This document shows, piece by piece, positions 34,132-43,702 of a stretch of 64,000 nt of DNA. The position numbers were made by a program, and so were the translations under genes. Every line of letters starts with the position of its first letter. Within the stretch, counting starts at the first letter, position 1. The DNA is from a virus. Its lineage: Duplodnaviria; Caudoviricetes. A model generated the notes under the pieces. It saw nothing but the letters and a program-made list of their open reading frames with translations. It had not been told where the DNA came from and did not search any database. The stretch is from positions 243-64,242 of IMG/VR virus record IMGVR_UViG_3300046779_000589; one strand, given 5' to 3'.

Positions 34132-34365
34132 ATGAGCCTTAAGAACTTCCAAGCGGCCTTCGACGCGCTGCCCGAAGGGGCAGACGGCGAGGATATCGCT
34201 GACTTCCTCGCAGGGGTGGCTGTGTCCTACATGCCCCCCGACGAAGCGATCCGCACGCTGTTCCGTGCGGCAAAGACGGTGGCCGAGTATGTCGCCGATA
34301 TGGAGGGGCAGGAGTGTAACTGCCCCAAGTGCACAGAACGCCGCGCAGCAGAAACTAAGCATTAA
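34132..34365 (+). CDS. Hypothetical protein
   Basis: 77 aa with C-terminal CNCPKC. Confidence 0.7.
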   Translation: MSLKNFQAAFDALPEGADGEDIADFLAGVAVSYMPPDEAIRTLFRAAKTVAEYVADMEGQECNCPKCTERRAAETKH

Positions 34366-34380
34366 CAAAGGAGAAACAAC

Positions 34381-34545
34381 ATGAGCGACAACGACATCTA
34401 CTTTGTCGTCACCCTGAAAGCCTTCGCCTTCGAAACCAAGGAACAGGCACAGGCGGTGGCCGACAAGCTGCTCGACGCGTTCTGTGATCTGCCGGAAGCA
34501 GATGGCTACGGCGCATCGGCGCAAATCACCGAAGAAAAACATTAA
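34381..34545 (+). CDS. 54-aa hypothetical protein
   Basis: Not in the track; AAGGAG RBS; MSDNDIYFVVTLKAFAFETKEQAQ... Confidence 0.65.
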   Translation: MSDNDIYFVVTLKAFAFETKEQAQAVADKLLDAFCDLPEADGYGASAQITEEKH

Positions 34546-34560
34546 CCAAGGAGAGACAAC

Positions 34561-35160
34561 ATGACCCGACTGACCAATGATATGCGTGACAGCATCCGCC
34601 GCAACATCATGAAGGGGTTGCCCAACCGCAACTACGAAACCGAGATTTACAACCTGCTGCAAGGCGTGGTCGTGGCGTTCATGGACCCCCGTGTCAAGGC
34701 GGTCTACGAAGATGTCTCGCTGCGTCCGCTGCTGCAGCGCCATGATGTGCGGATCAGCACGGGCAGCAAGAACCTCTACCTCTACAATGCGACCGACCGC
34801 TACATCGTTGGCCTGAACAAGCAGATGGAAATCCGCATTGCCGATTACGACCTGCCCGACCGTGTTCCCGAAGGGTCGATGTATCACCACATCCTGTTCA
34901 AGACCAAACTCGTGGAGTTGGTGCGGGCACACTACGCACAGGACGAGTTGCGTGAGCAGGTGAGCAAGCGCCTCAAGGCCAACCTCGCTGCGGCAACCAC
35001 CATCAAGCGCCTGTTCGAAATCCTCGAACCCGAACTGCACGGCTATATCCCCGTGATCGTAGAGGGCAAGTCCACGCTGCCCGCATGTGTCGCCCCCGTG
35101 GTGGACGACCTCAAGAAGTTGGGCCTTGTCGTGCCGGAAGTGCCGAAGGCGAGTGCGTAA
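34561..35160 (+). CDS. Nmad5-like (nucleotide-modification-associated domain 5) protein
   Basis: N-terminus MTRLTNDMRDSIRRNIM and C-terminal LAAATTIKRLFEILEPEL resemble the family (recall only). Confidence 0.45.
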   Translation: MTRLTNDMRDSIRRNIMKGLPNRNYETEIYNLLQGVVVAFMDPRVKAVYEDVSLRPLLQRHDVRISTGSKNLYLYNATDRYIVGLNKQMEIRIADYDLPDRVPEGSMYHHILFKTKLVELVRAHYAQDELREQVSKRLKANLAAATTIKRLFEILEPELHGYIPVIVEGKSTLPACVAPVVDDLKKLGLVVPEVPKASA

Positions 35161-35213
35161 TTAGTGCCCACGTGAGTAGTGCTAGTAACGTGTAGTAGCA
35201 ACCGTCAAAACAA

Positions 35214-35231
35214 GTTAGTGCACAAACTAAC
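35214..35231. promoter_or_regulatory. GTTAG box (GTTAGT-GCACAA-ACTAAC)
   Basis: Just upstream of the AAA gene RBS. Confidence 0.75.
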
Positions 35232-35254
35232 TTACCAATGGAGAAAGAACTATC

Positions 35255-36349
35255 ATGTCGAACGCAGCCATTCAGATGTATGACCTGAACCTCGACGAGT
35301 GTGTGGACCTGATCGCAGCGGTGGGCCACGAGCGCACCGTGCTGGCCGAAGGCCACATGGGCACGGGCAAGTCGTCCATGCTCAAGATGCTGGCGCAGCG
35401 GTTCCCGAACCACAAGCCGATCTACTTCGACTGCACCACCAAGGACTTGGGCGACCTGATGATCCCCAAGATCAAGGAGTTGGACGGTGCCGATTTCGTT
35501 CGCTTTGCGACCAACGAGGACTTGGGTCTGCATCTCGGCCAGCCCGTGATCGTCATGCTCGACGAGTATGGCAAGGCCAACCCCTCCGTGCAGATGGGCC
35601 TGACCGCCTTCATGCTGGAACGTCAGATGGGTGTGGCGCGTCTGCACCCTGACAGCATCGTGTTTGCCACGACCAACTTGAGCAGCGAGGGTGTGGGCGA
35701 CACGCTCAAGTCGCACCAGCAGAACCGCATCACCCGTGTGCGTATCCGCAAGCCGGGCCACATGGAGTGGATCGAGTGGGGTATCAACAACAACATCGAC
35801 GCCAGCCTTCTGGGCTGGGTGAAGGACAACCCGCAACTGTTCCAGACCTTTGAGGAGGTGAAGAACCCCGACGAGAACCCCTACATCTTCCACCCGTCCT
35901 CGACCCGCAAGTCCTTCGTCACGCCCCGCTCGTTGGAAGCGGCGTCGGACCTGCTGCATGTGCGTCACAAGCTGACGGACAAGATCGTGGTGGCGGGCCT
36001 GATGGGCACCATCGGTGAACGTGCGGCGATGGACCTGATGGCCTTCGTCCGTCTGGCCGACCAGCTTCCGTCCTTGCAGTCCATCAAGGACGACCCGCTG
36101 AACGCCAAGGTTCCGTCCTCTGCCTCTGCCGTGTGCATGGTGGTCTACCGCACCCTGTCCACGCTGGAAGCCGACTGGATCGACAACTGGATGCTCTACA
36201 TGAACCGCCTCGACAAGGAAGCGCAGGGTCTGTTCGCCAATGGTGTCCGCAGCCCGAAGTATTCCAAGCAGCAGATGGTCATGACGAACCGCAAGTTCAC
36301 CGAGTGGGCTATGAGTAACAATTACCTCTACGCCGCAGATCGCAAATAG
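35255..36349 (+). CDS. MoxR/CobS-like AAA+ ATPase
   Basis: Walker A GHMGTGKS, Walker B VMLDEYGK, sensor ATTN, and TPRSLE. Confidence 0.85.
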   Translation: MSNAAIQMYDLNLDECVDLIAAVGHERTVLAEGHMGTGKSSMLKMLAQRFPNHKPIYFDCTTKDLGDLMIPKIKELDGADFVRFATNEDLGLHLGQPVIVMLDEYGKANPSVQMGLTAFMLERQMGVARLHPDSIVFATTNLSSEGVGDTLKSHQQNRITRVRIRKPGHMEWIEWGINNNIDASLLGWVKDNPQLFQTFEEVKNPDENPYIFHPSSTRKSFVTPRSLEAASDLLHVRHKLTDKIVVAGLMGTIGERAAMDLMAFVRLADQLPSLQSIKDDPLNAKVPSSASAVCMVVYRTLSTLEADWIDNWMLYMNRLDKEAQGLFANGVRSPKYSKQQMVMTNRKFTEWAMSNNYLYAADRK

Positions 36350-36365
36350 TTAGTGCGGCACTAAC
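36349..36365. promoter_or_regulatory. GTTAG box (GTTAGTG-CGG-CACTAAC)
   Basis: Overlaps the AAA stop codon. Confidence 0.75.
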
Positions 36366-36415
36366 GGGGGGCTGATGCCCCCCACAACAACTCACCAAAC
36401 AATGGAGAACCGAAC

Positions 36416-37666
36416 ATGCTTGCTATCGGCAAAGCACTCACGCCTGAACAGCGTATCCAGAAAGCGACCATCGACATCATGGCCAACGGCAAATACGTGG
36501 CGCTGGCAGGTGTCCTGATGATCGGCAACAAGCGCGTCGAGTATGACGCCAAGCGGTGCCCCACGGCCTACACCAACGGTAAGGATGTGGTCTTCGGTGC
36601 CGACTTCGTCGCCAAGCTGAACGACGCCGAACTGCGCTTCCTCGTGCTGCATGAGGAATACCACAAGCTGTATCGCCACCTGACCACGTGGCGCTGGATG
36701 TGGCAGGAGAACGCCCAACTGGCCAACATCGCCTGTGACCACGTTATCAACATCAAGTTGGTGGATGACAACAAGGACGGGTTCGCCACCATGACGGGGG
36801 GGCTGACCATCGGTGCCTGTGACTTCCGCTTCCGTGGCATGGACGCCGCACAGGTCTACAACATCCTCAAGAAGGAGCAGCAAGGCGGTCAGGGCGGCGG
36901 TAAGGGCCAGCAAGGTCAGGGTCAAGGACAGTCCGGTCAGGGTCAGAGTGACGGAACTGGCTTCGATCAGCACGGCTGGGAAGAGGCACAGGACATGTCC
37001 GCCGAGGAAGCCCGCGAGTTGGAACGCGAGATCGACGAAGCTATCCGGCAGGGCGCGTTGATCGCAGGCAAGATGGGCACGGGTGGCAACCGAGACTTCG
37101 CTGATCTGCTGGAACCGCAGGTCAACTGGCGTGAGGCGCTGCGCGAGTTCATCACCTCGACCTGTGCGGGCCGCGATTACTCCACGTGGAAGAAGCCGAA
37201 CCGCCGCTATATCTCGCACGGTGTCTACATGCCGAGCGGTGTGAGTGAGCAAGTTGGCGACCTCGTGCTGGCCATCGACACGTCGGGTTCCACCTTTGCA
37301 CCGGGGGTGCTGCCTGCCTTCCTGTCCGAAGCCAAGGCGATCTGTGATACCGTTAAGCCGGAACGTGTCCACATCATTTATTGGGACACTAAGGTGTGCG
37401 GCGTCGAAACCTATACCCACGAGCAGCAGGCCAGCATGATCCACTCCACCCGTCCGAAGGGCGGCGGTGGCACCACGGTGGAAGTTGTTCCTGCCTATCT
37501 GGCCGAGAACAATATCAAGCCGCAGGCCGTGGTCGTGCTGACTGACGGCTATCTGGGTGGCTCGTGGGGTCAGTGGTCCAGCCCCGTGCTGTGGTGCGTG
37601 ATCGACAACAAGTCCGCCGCACCCGACTGCGGCAAGGTCATCCACATCAAGACGGAGCAGTTCTGA
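36416..37666 (+). CDS. Metallopeptidase plus vWA domain protein (DUF2201-like)
   Basis: PTAYTNG, HExxH (LHEEYH), Gln/Gly linker, MIDAS IDTSGS, GGGT and VLTDGY. Confidence 0.85.
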   Translation: MLAIGKALTPEQRIQKATIDIMANGKYVALAGVLMIGNKRVEYDAKRCPTAYTNGKDVVFGADFVAKLNDAELRFLVLHEEYHKLYRHLTTWRWMWQENAQLANIACDHVINIKLVDDNKDGFATMTGGLTIGACDFRFRGMDAAQVYNILKKEQQGGQGGGKGQQGQGQGQSGQGQSDGTGFDQHGWEEAQDMSAEEARELEREIDEAIRQGALIAGKMGTGGNRDFADLLEPQVNWREALREFITSTCAGRDYSTWKKPNRRYISHGVYMPSGVSEQVGDLVLAIDTSGSTFAPGVLPAFLSEAKAICDTVKPERVHIIYWDTKVCGVETYTHEQQASMIHSTRPKGGGGTTVEVVPAYLAENNIKPQAVVVLTDGYLGGSWGQWSSPVLWCVIDNKSAAPDCGKVIHIKTEQF

Positions 37667-38007
37667 TGCCCCCCTTCGATCCGCGCAACACCCTGCATCC
37701 GCTGCACCAAGCAGCGATCCAGCAACAGATGCTGTCGGTCCAAACCGCACAAGGACAACCACGCATGAGCGCAGGTGGCGCAGCATACCCCGTGAAACAA
37801 ACACCGGACTACTCGCTTGTGATGGTCCAGTTGCAGGGGGAGGAACTCTTCCCCTTCAACATCTCAGCCAGCCCTGCCCTGCTGCAACACAGCATCAAGC
37901 AGATGAACGACACAGGCTGGCTCTACCTGTTCAACGACGCCGAATCCGTCGCCATTCGGTCCGACAAGATCGTGGCGGTCAACATCAAGTCCCTGACGAA
38001 GGAGTAA
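37666..38007 (+). CDS. Hypothetical protein
   Basis: TGATG overlap; 113 aa. Confidence 0.6.
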   Translation: MPPFDPRNTLHPLHQAAIQQQMLSVQTAQGQPRMSAGGAAYPVKQTPDYSLVMVQLQGEELFPFNISASPALLQHSIKQMNDTGWLYLFNDAESVAIRSDKIVAVNIKSLTKE

Positions 38008-38303
38008 TGATGGAACCACGATACACACCAGCTTGGTTGCCGGGGGACGAACGCTTCCTCGGCCATGCGGGCGAGATCGACGTTTACTACGAGTATAACA
38101 ACGATGACGAGGTCGATAACGTCTACATCGTCGGGCCAGCCCACCGAAAGCTGCGGGAGGAGAACACATACAACTTCGACCCCTACGCCATCGAAGGAGG
38201 TGGCGTTCTGGTCCTCCAAGATGAGGGCATGAAGGACATCCATATCGAACTGTCCGAGATGTGCGAAATCTACCAACTCTTGCAGAAAGAGGAGATACTG
38301 TAA
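38007..38303 (+). CDS. Hypothetical protein (MEPR..RFLG..D family)
   Basis: 98 aa; AAGGAG RBS. Confidence 0.7.
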   Translation: MMEPRYTPAWLPGDERFLGHAGEIDVYYEYNNDDEVDNVYIVGPAHRKLREENTYNFDPYAIEGGGVLVLQDEGMKDIHIELSEMCEIYQLLQKEEIL

Positions 38304-38752
38304 TGGGATACCGCAGTGAAGTGTGCCTTGTCGTGGCTGTCCGCACCCACGAGCAAGCTGATGAGTTGATGGCGATCTATGCGATGGATCACAGGGTGCA
38401 GAAACACGCCCTTGCGGACAAGTGGGAGCGGCACGAAGGGAAGGACGCCGTGTTCCTCGTCTACTACGACGACCATCTCAAATGGTATAAGGAATATGAG
38501 GAGGTGCAGGGTATGGAACACTTGCTCAACCTCGCCCGCACATTCAGCGATGAACGCACCGATGTGGGTCTCATCCCTGATGAGGGGGACAAGCCCGAAA
38601 TGATTGTCGGGTTCCCTTATGCCGCCGCCAAGTTGCGGATCGGGGAAGAAACGCCGGACATTGAGGAGGAGATGCACTCCTCTGACGGCAACCTTGAGTC
38701 CGACATTTGGGACCGTGCCTACGTGTCCCGCAGGATCACCCTCGACTTCTAA
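38303..38752 (+). CDS. Conserved phage hypothetical protein (MGYRSEV..KWY..RIGEE)
   Basis: TAATG overlap; GGAG RBS. Confidence 0.75.
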   Translation: MGYRSEVCLVVAVRTHEQADELMAIYAMDHRVQKHALADKWERHEGKDAVFLVYYDDHLKWYKEYEEVQGMEHLLNLARTFSDERTDVGLIPDEGDKPEMIVGFPYAAAKLRIGEETPDIEEEMHSSDGNLESDIWDRAYVSRRITLDF

Positions 38753-38793
38753 CCACGGCGTTATACGCCGCGTATAACATACAGGAGATAAAC

Positions 38794-39834
38794 ATGGCTC
38801 TCTATAAAACGCACTTCACCTGCTTCGATGATGTCGAGCAGCGGTATAACACCACCAAACCCATTAAAGGTCCGAAGCATAAGGACCACGATGTGCGCCC
38901 CATCGGGGACCGTAACCGCAAGTGGGAACGCATCGTCAAGATCGACAACGACTGCTATGCCTTGAGTGATGGACACCACCGTGGCGATGCGGTGTTTCCG
39001 GCTTGGGGTCGGCCAGACATTTCGCCCGCTGACATGGAGAAGTTCGCGCCCATCGTCTGGCGGCGCTATGGGCAGGGCGTCGAGAAGGTCACGATCCGCA
39101 ACGGCATCGGCCCCTATGTTCACACCACCCGCTACATGTTCTTGAACCGCCATATGCCCGCAGGGCTGACCTTTGTGCAGACCCAGCAAGGCAAGCAGTT
39201 TGTCCGTATGCGGGGGACCGAGACCCCACTGTTCTTGGCGAAGGGGACGCACGTGACTGCTGGCGAGTATGCGGACATCCTGAAGGACCGTGCGCAGCTT
39301 ACCGCTGCGCCTCTCCGCTCCGTAAACCGCTGGGCCACGGGGACCGAGGATACCACCTCGCTGACCTTCCTGCGTGTAGGCACGGGCCAGTGGGAGTTCA
39401 TCAGCAACAACGGCGTGGCCCCGCCTGTTCCCCGCACCCGCGTCGATGCGGACCACAAGGCCCAATACAAGGACGCCATCAAGCAGTTCTGCGAGTGGGC
39501 CTTCACGGTTGGCCCGATGCTCAACGTGGCCGATTACAACACACGGCGGGAATACGAACAGCAGTTCAGGGATTGGTGCCAAGAGCAGGGTATCCCGCAA
39601 CGTGGGTGGGGCACCATGTCCCGCCGCGCCGCGCCGGAAGTGTTCCGCACCATTATGGCTGATGCCGACCACCCGATGCGTATCGTTATGATGGTGGCGA
39701 TGCTCCACGAGGCGGACGTAAACCTCCACGCTGTAACCACCAAGGAAGATGTAAGCGCGATTCGTAGTCGCATAAACCGCTGGCTCAACAAGGTCTTGGG
39801 CTTCACCACCAAAGTTATCGAAGAGAGGGAATGA
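38794..39834 (+). CDS. Hypothetical protein, 346 aa
   Basis: AGGAG RBS; preceded by the palindrome GTTATACG-CCG-CGTATAAC (38760-38778). Confidence 0.8.
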   Translation: MALYKTHFTCFDDVEQRYNTTKPIKGPKHKDHDVRPIGDRNRKWERIVKIDNDCYALSDGHHRGDAVFPAWGRPDISPADMEKFAPIVWRRYGQGVEKVTIRNGIGPYVHTTRYMFLNRHMPAGLTFVQTQQGKQFVRMRGTETPLFLAKGTHVTAGEYADILKDRAQLTAAPLRSVNRWATGTEDTTSLTFLRVGTGQWEFISNNGVAPPVPRTRVDADHKAQYKDAIKQFCEWAFTVGPMLNVADYNTRREYEQQFRDWCQEQGIPQRGWGTMSRRAAPEVFRTIMADADHPMRIVMMVAMLHEADVNLHAVTTKEDVSAIRSRINRWLNKVLGFTTKVIEERE

Positions 39835-39835
39835 T

Positions 39836-40693
39836 ATGACCGAACACTACAGCGTAGCCAACCTACGTCAACAAGGGCGGACCGATGCTGCCACAGATGA
39901 TCCGTCACTCCGGCATGAACTGCGGGAGTTCATGGCTGAACTTCGCGTCAAGATGCCGTGGCTCAAGTTCTTGAGCAGGAGCAGGAACGAGGTGTATGTC
40001 TATACCGACACGTGCCCCTATGCCTTGGGGTTCATCGGTTACGCCGACTACAGTGCTGGCGAGAAGTATATGGTCTACTCGCGGACCATTGAGAACAATA
40101 AGTTCTCCAGCAGTAACCGCCAGCACAACATGCTCCTGTCGAGTAACATTGGCGTGGCGGTTCGCAATGCCCGCACTCACCTGCGGGTCTATAGCACCGC
40201 CGAACTCGCCGCGAGAAACGTAAGCGATCTGTCCACCTGCATCACGGACGCCAACGCGACCATGCGGAACCAACTGTCATCGTCTCGGCGGTTCGTCACC
40301 GATGGTATCTCCCTGTTGCTGGAGTTGCGTAACCTCGTGGAAAGCGGCCACGTGTTCGCGCAACCGGGCTTCGACAAAGAGGTGCGTCGGTTCATCGAAG
40401 CCACTGACCACATGAATGCGGTGGAGCAGCAGGAACTGCACCACGTATACGTCTATGTCACCGAGGACTGGCGGGGGCAGGTCTTCAACATGCAGCGCAT
40501 GAAGCCCTGCAAAGGTTCGTATGCTGGCACCATGCGAGTGGACACGGACCACCCACCCACTGACCTGCCCGTTGCCGAGGTGGACCCTCTCATCTTGGGG
40601 CGCGTTAGCGTCCTCTCCATGCTGGCCGACAAAGGCTACGTCGCTGGTGTGGGTATGCGTATCACGGAGGATAGCTTCTATGTCCAAGTTTAA
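39836..40693 (+). CDS. Hypothetical protein (C-terminal V.GVG.RI domain)
   Basis: 285 aa in an operon context. Confidence 0.75.
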   Translation: MTEHYSVANLRQQGRTDAATDDPSLRHELREFMAELRVKMPWLKFLSRSRNEVYVYTDTCPYALGFIGYADYSAGEKYMVYSRTIENNKFSSSNRQHNMLLSSNIGVAVRNARTHLRVYSTAELAARNVSDLSTCITDANATMRNQLSSSRRFVTDGISLLLELRNLVESGHVFAQPGFDKEVRRFIEATDHMNAVEQQELHHVYVYVTEDWRGQVFNMQRMKPCKGSYAGTMRVDTDHPPTDLPVAEVDPLILGRVSVLSMLADKGYVAGVGMRITEDSFYVQV

Positions 40694-41153
40694 GGGTGCA
40701 GACTGGTATGACCGCATGTGTAAGCGGTTGGAGATAGACAACACCGACCGTTACAAGTTGCCTGAGTATGCGATGAAGATGGTGCGGGACTTCGGCTACC
40801 TGTGGTCCTCGCAGTTGATAGCGCGAGAGTCGGGCCACAGGCAGATGATCCTGATTGGCGTGGACCACAAAACCTCTGAGGGAAACCCGCTGGCACACTG
40901 GGACCCCGACAAAGACCTCATCTATCGTGTCTGTGTAGACCCTCTCACACAACGGGTCGAGGTAACAAGTTTCGGTATGGATAGTGTTGATACGCCAGAG
41001 GTCGGCATGTATGCTAACACTTCGGAACTACCGATATGGATGCAGGAGAAGTTGGCTGTGCTGTGCATGATGTCGCCCACCCCGCCGACCAAGGCAGTGG
41101 AAGGTGTGGGTCAGCGCATCAACGCCAACACCTACTGGCTCCCCAAGACTTAG
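40680..41153 (+). CDS. Hypothetical protein (C-terminal V.GVG.RI domain)
   Basis: GGAGG RBS before ATG 40680; the C-terminus resembles that of the preceding gene. Confidence 0.7.
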   Translation: MSKFKGADWYDRMCKRLEIDNTDRYKLPEYAMKMVRDFGYLWSSQLIARESGHRQMILIGVDHKTSEGNPLAHWDPDKDLIYRVCVDPLTQRVEVTSFGMDSVDTPEVGMYANTSELPIWMQEKLAVLCMMSPTPPTKAVEGVGQRINANTYWLPKT

Positions 41154-41165
41154 TGAACGACTAAC
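41149..41165. promoter_or_regulatory. GTTAG box, one mismatch (CTTAGT-GAACG-ACTAAC)
   Basis: Contains the stop codon and precedes the VRR-NUC RBS. Confidence 0.65.
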
Positions 41166-41178
41166 AAGGAGAAACGAG

Positions 41179-41502
41179 ATGGCTGCAACGCCTGAAAGCC
41201 GCGTGAAGAAACTCGCGGTCGAACAAATGCGCAAACTCAAGGACTGCTACTACTTCTACCCTGTGACGAGTGGGTATGGGTCCAGCGGCGTCCCCGACAT
41301 TGTCGGCTGCTACAAGGGCATGTTCTTCGCCTTTGAATGCAAGGCTGGCAGCAACAAACCCACGGCACTGCAAGAGTTGAACATGTCGAAGATCAGGAAC
41401 GCGGGCGGCGCGGCTCTGGTCGTCAACGAGAGCAACGTGCTGTTCGTCAAAGAGTTCCTTGAAGGGCTGGCACAGGAGGAGAAAACAGATGATCCGGCCT
41501 GA
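41179..41502 (+). CDS. VRR-NUC/Holliday junction resolvase-like nuclease
   Basis: PE..VK, GVPDIVGC, FECKAG and PTALQ PD-(D/E)xK pattern. Confidence 0.85.
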   Translation: MAATPESRVKKLAVEQMRKLKDCYYFYPVTSGYGSSGVPDIVGCYKGMFFAFECKAGSNKPTALQELNMSKIRNAGGAALVVNESNVLFVKEFLEGLAQEEKTDDPA

Positions 41503-42163
41503 CATTGACGCGCTAGGCTTCACCATCGCGGTCTGTAACTGCGACGTGTGTGGCCACGAGACTACGGTGAAAGCGCAGCACAACCGCCACCGTGGTAACG
41601 CCAACAAGCGCGAGGTGATTGAGAGTCAAGTGATTACCAAGTTGCAGGGACAGGGCTGGACCAACATCAAGAAGACCCTGCGCTGCGCCACCTGCGAAGA
41701 AGAACGCAAGGCCAACTACAACAAGCCGAAGGATATGGAGAACGCCATGGCTGAACAACCCACCACCACCGATCTGCGTCAACCGACCCGCGAACAGAAG
41801 CGGGCGATCATGGGCCTCTTGGAAGAGGTCTACGACACCAAGGCTGGCCGCTACACGGGCGGCGAGACCGACAAGACCGTGGCCGAAACCTGCGGTAATG
41901 GCGTGATGCCCGGCTGGGTGTCGGCAATCCGTGAGGAGTTCTTTGGTCCTGACGGGGCCAACGAGGAGTTGGAAGTCCTGATGGCGGACTTCTTGGAGTG
42001 GCGCGACGAGGCAGCGAACCTTGCTAAGAAGTGCCACGACGACATCCAGAACGCCCTCGCTGCTCTGCGTGACTACAACAAGTTGCGGGATAAGCTGGGT
42101 GACATGGAAGCCCGCATACAGAAACTCAAGAAGGCTGTCGGGCCGAAAGCGGAACACGTGTGA
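41489..42163 (+). CDS. Zn-ribbon plus helical/coiled-coil protein
   Basis: CDVC...CATC, then PTREQKRAI..LEEVYD..PGWV..IREEFFG. Confidence 0.7.
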   Translation: MIRPDIDALGFTIAVCNCDVCGHETTVKAQHNRHRGNANKREVIESQVITKLQGQGWTNIKKTLRCATCEEERKANYNKPKDMENAMAEQPTTTDLRQPTREQKRAIMGLLEEVYDTKAGRYTGGETDKTVAETCGNGVMPGWVSAIREEFFGPDGANEELEVLMADFLEWRDEAANLAKKCHDDIQNALAALRDYNKLRDKLGDMEARIQKLKKAVGPKAEHV

Positions 42164-42288
42164 TGCGTGACATCTTCTTGCTGGCCATGCTGGCCTTCCT
42201 GCTGTGGGTCTGGGCTTACCCACGTGACGCTTACTTCTGGTATTTGGACCTGACCCAAGGGGTCTATGGGGAGATTGACTATGACTAA
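42163..42288 (+). CDS. 41-aa membrane peptide
   Basis: MRDIFLLAMLAFLLWVWAYP...; TGATG overlap. Confidence 0.5.
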   Translation: MRDIFLLAMLAFLLWVWAYPRDAYFWYLDLTQGVYGEIDYD

Positions 42289-42574
42289 TCTGAAAACGCT
42301 GATCTTCATCGGGGCCGCGCTTGTCGCGGCTCCTGCCTATGCCGCCGATTACGATGCCTGTCAGGTGCTGGCGGAGTTCGTGGAGAACACGGCCAATGCC
42401 CGCGATGCGGGGATGTCCATGCAGGCCGCGCAGGAGATGGTGCGGCAGCGCATGACCAACGCTCAGTTGTCCGCCTCCATGCAGGAAACGGTGCGCCTGA
42501 TCTATACGAGCGGCGCGAATGTCTCGCCCGGCCAGTTGGCCATGTTCATGTTCAACACCTGCATGGAGAACTGA
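42281..42574 (+). CDS. Secreted/periplasmic small protein
   Basis: Sec-type signal MTNLKTLIFIGAALVAAPAYA and two Cys residues. Confidence 0.65.
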   Translation: MTNLKTLIFIGAALVAAPAYAADYDACQVLAEFVENTANARDAGMSMQAAQEMVRQRMTNAQLSASMQETVRLIYTSGANVSPGQLAMFMFNTCMEN

Positions 42575-42576
42575 CC

Positions 42577-42900
42577 ATGACTGACGATCTGGTGAAGTTT
42601 CTGAGGACATCAACCAGTGCGGCGTTCAACAAAGCCGCCGCCGACCGCATCGAAGCCTTGGAGCAGGAAGTCGAGCGCCGCATCGAACCCGAACAAGTCG
42701 AGAAGCTGATCGAAATGGCGGAACCGATCTTGGCAGAGGTTTACGCCGCCGAATGCGCCTACAGGAAAGAAGCCGAAGCCCGTCTCGCCAAGGCGGTGGA
42801 GGCGCTGCGGGAGATGAAAAAGCAGTGGCATATCCGCGATCTGATCAACGACGATTTCATGGACATGCTGGCCGAGATTGAGGGAGGGAAAGATGAGTGA
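42577..42900 (+). CDS. Coiled-coil hypothetical protein
   Basis: MTDDLVK...AADRIEALE pattern; GGAG RBS. Confidence 0.7.
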   Translation: MTDDLVKFLRTSTSAAFNKAAADRIEALEQEVERRIEPEQVEKLIEMAEPILAEVYAAECAYRKEAEARLAKAVEALREMKKQWHIRDLINDDFMDMLAEIEGGKDE

Positions 42901-43702
42901 CGATGATCTGATCCGGCGCGGGGATGCGATGACTGTGGCAGATGCCGAATTGCGCCGCTACGGTTTCGGTGGGTTGGATGGCGGACGTTGCGATCAAATG
43001 CGCGAAGCCATCGCCGCCCTGCCCGCCGTGACCGCGCCGGATGCGCCGGATGCGCTGCAAGCCGCAGGACGCCACATGCTTGCGCTGCATGACGATTTCC
43101 TGCGCGGGGGAGATGTGGACATTGCCGCCGCAAACCGCCTGCATTTGGCCGCGTCTTTTGGGGCGCAGGCGTTTGCCGTCTGCCCAATCCCTGATGCCCG
43201 TCCTGCCGCGATGATGCGCGCCATTGCTTTGGCGCTGATTGACCCAATGCATCCCGATCTGGATTATCTGCGCAGGGTCAACATGGCACGTCCTGTGGAA
43301 GCGCCGATGATGACAGACTTGATGGTGGACCCAGAAAGCATCGACGCCTTCCTTGAAGCCAATCCGCTAACACCAAAGTCCGTTGATGACAGTCTGGCGG
43401 CTGATCCTGCCGTCAAAGATGTTTGCGAGAAGTGTGGTGGCGAAGGGTGGCTGTGGGCGCACGAACTAGACAACTACTACAACCCAGACAACCACTCACC
43501 GATGAACGACCAGACGCGATATTCGTGCGATGGACCTAAACACGCGCAACCCACGCTGGCCGAGGCGCTGGAGGTGCCGGAAGTGAAGGCGCTGGTCGAG
43601 GCGGCGAACGAGCATATCGCGTTTATGGAAGGAACTGGCCTTACGTTTGATTTTCTTGGCAAACTTCGCGCCGCCCTGCGCCAGATCGGGGGTGAGGTAT
43701 GA
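42893..43702 (+). CDS. Mosaic hypothetical protein
   Basis: GGAGG RBS; patchwork of short modules including CEKCGGEG. Confidence 0.6.
   Translation: MSDDDLIRRGDAMTVADAELRRYGFGGLDGGRCDQMREAIAALPAVTAPDAPDALQAAGRHMLALHDDFLRGGDVDIAAANRLHLAASFGAQAFAVCPIPDARPAAMMRAIALALIDPMHPDLDYLRRVNMARPVEAPMMTDLMVDPESIDAFLEANPLTPKSVDDSLAADPAVKDVCEKCGGEGWLWAHELDNYYNPDNHSPMNDQTRYSCDGPKHAQPTLAEALEVPEVKALVEAANEHIAFMEGTGLTFDFLGKLRAALRQIGGEV

Noticed and set aside
38760-38778. GTTATACG-CCG-CGTATAAC as a further GTTAG box
   Set aside because: It shares only GTTA/TAAC and has a different length, so it was noted as a junction hairpin and not counted.
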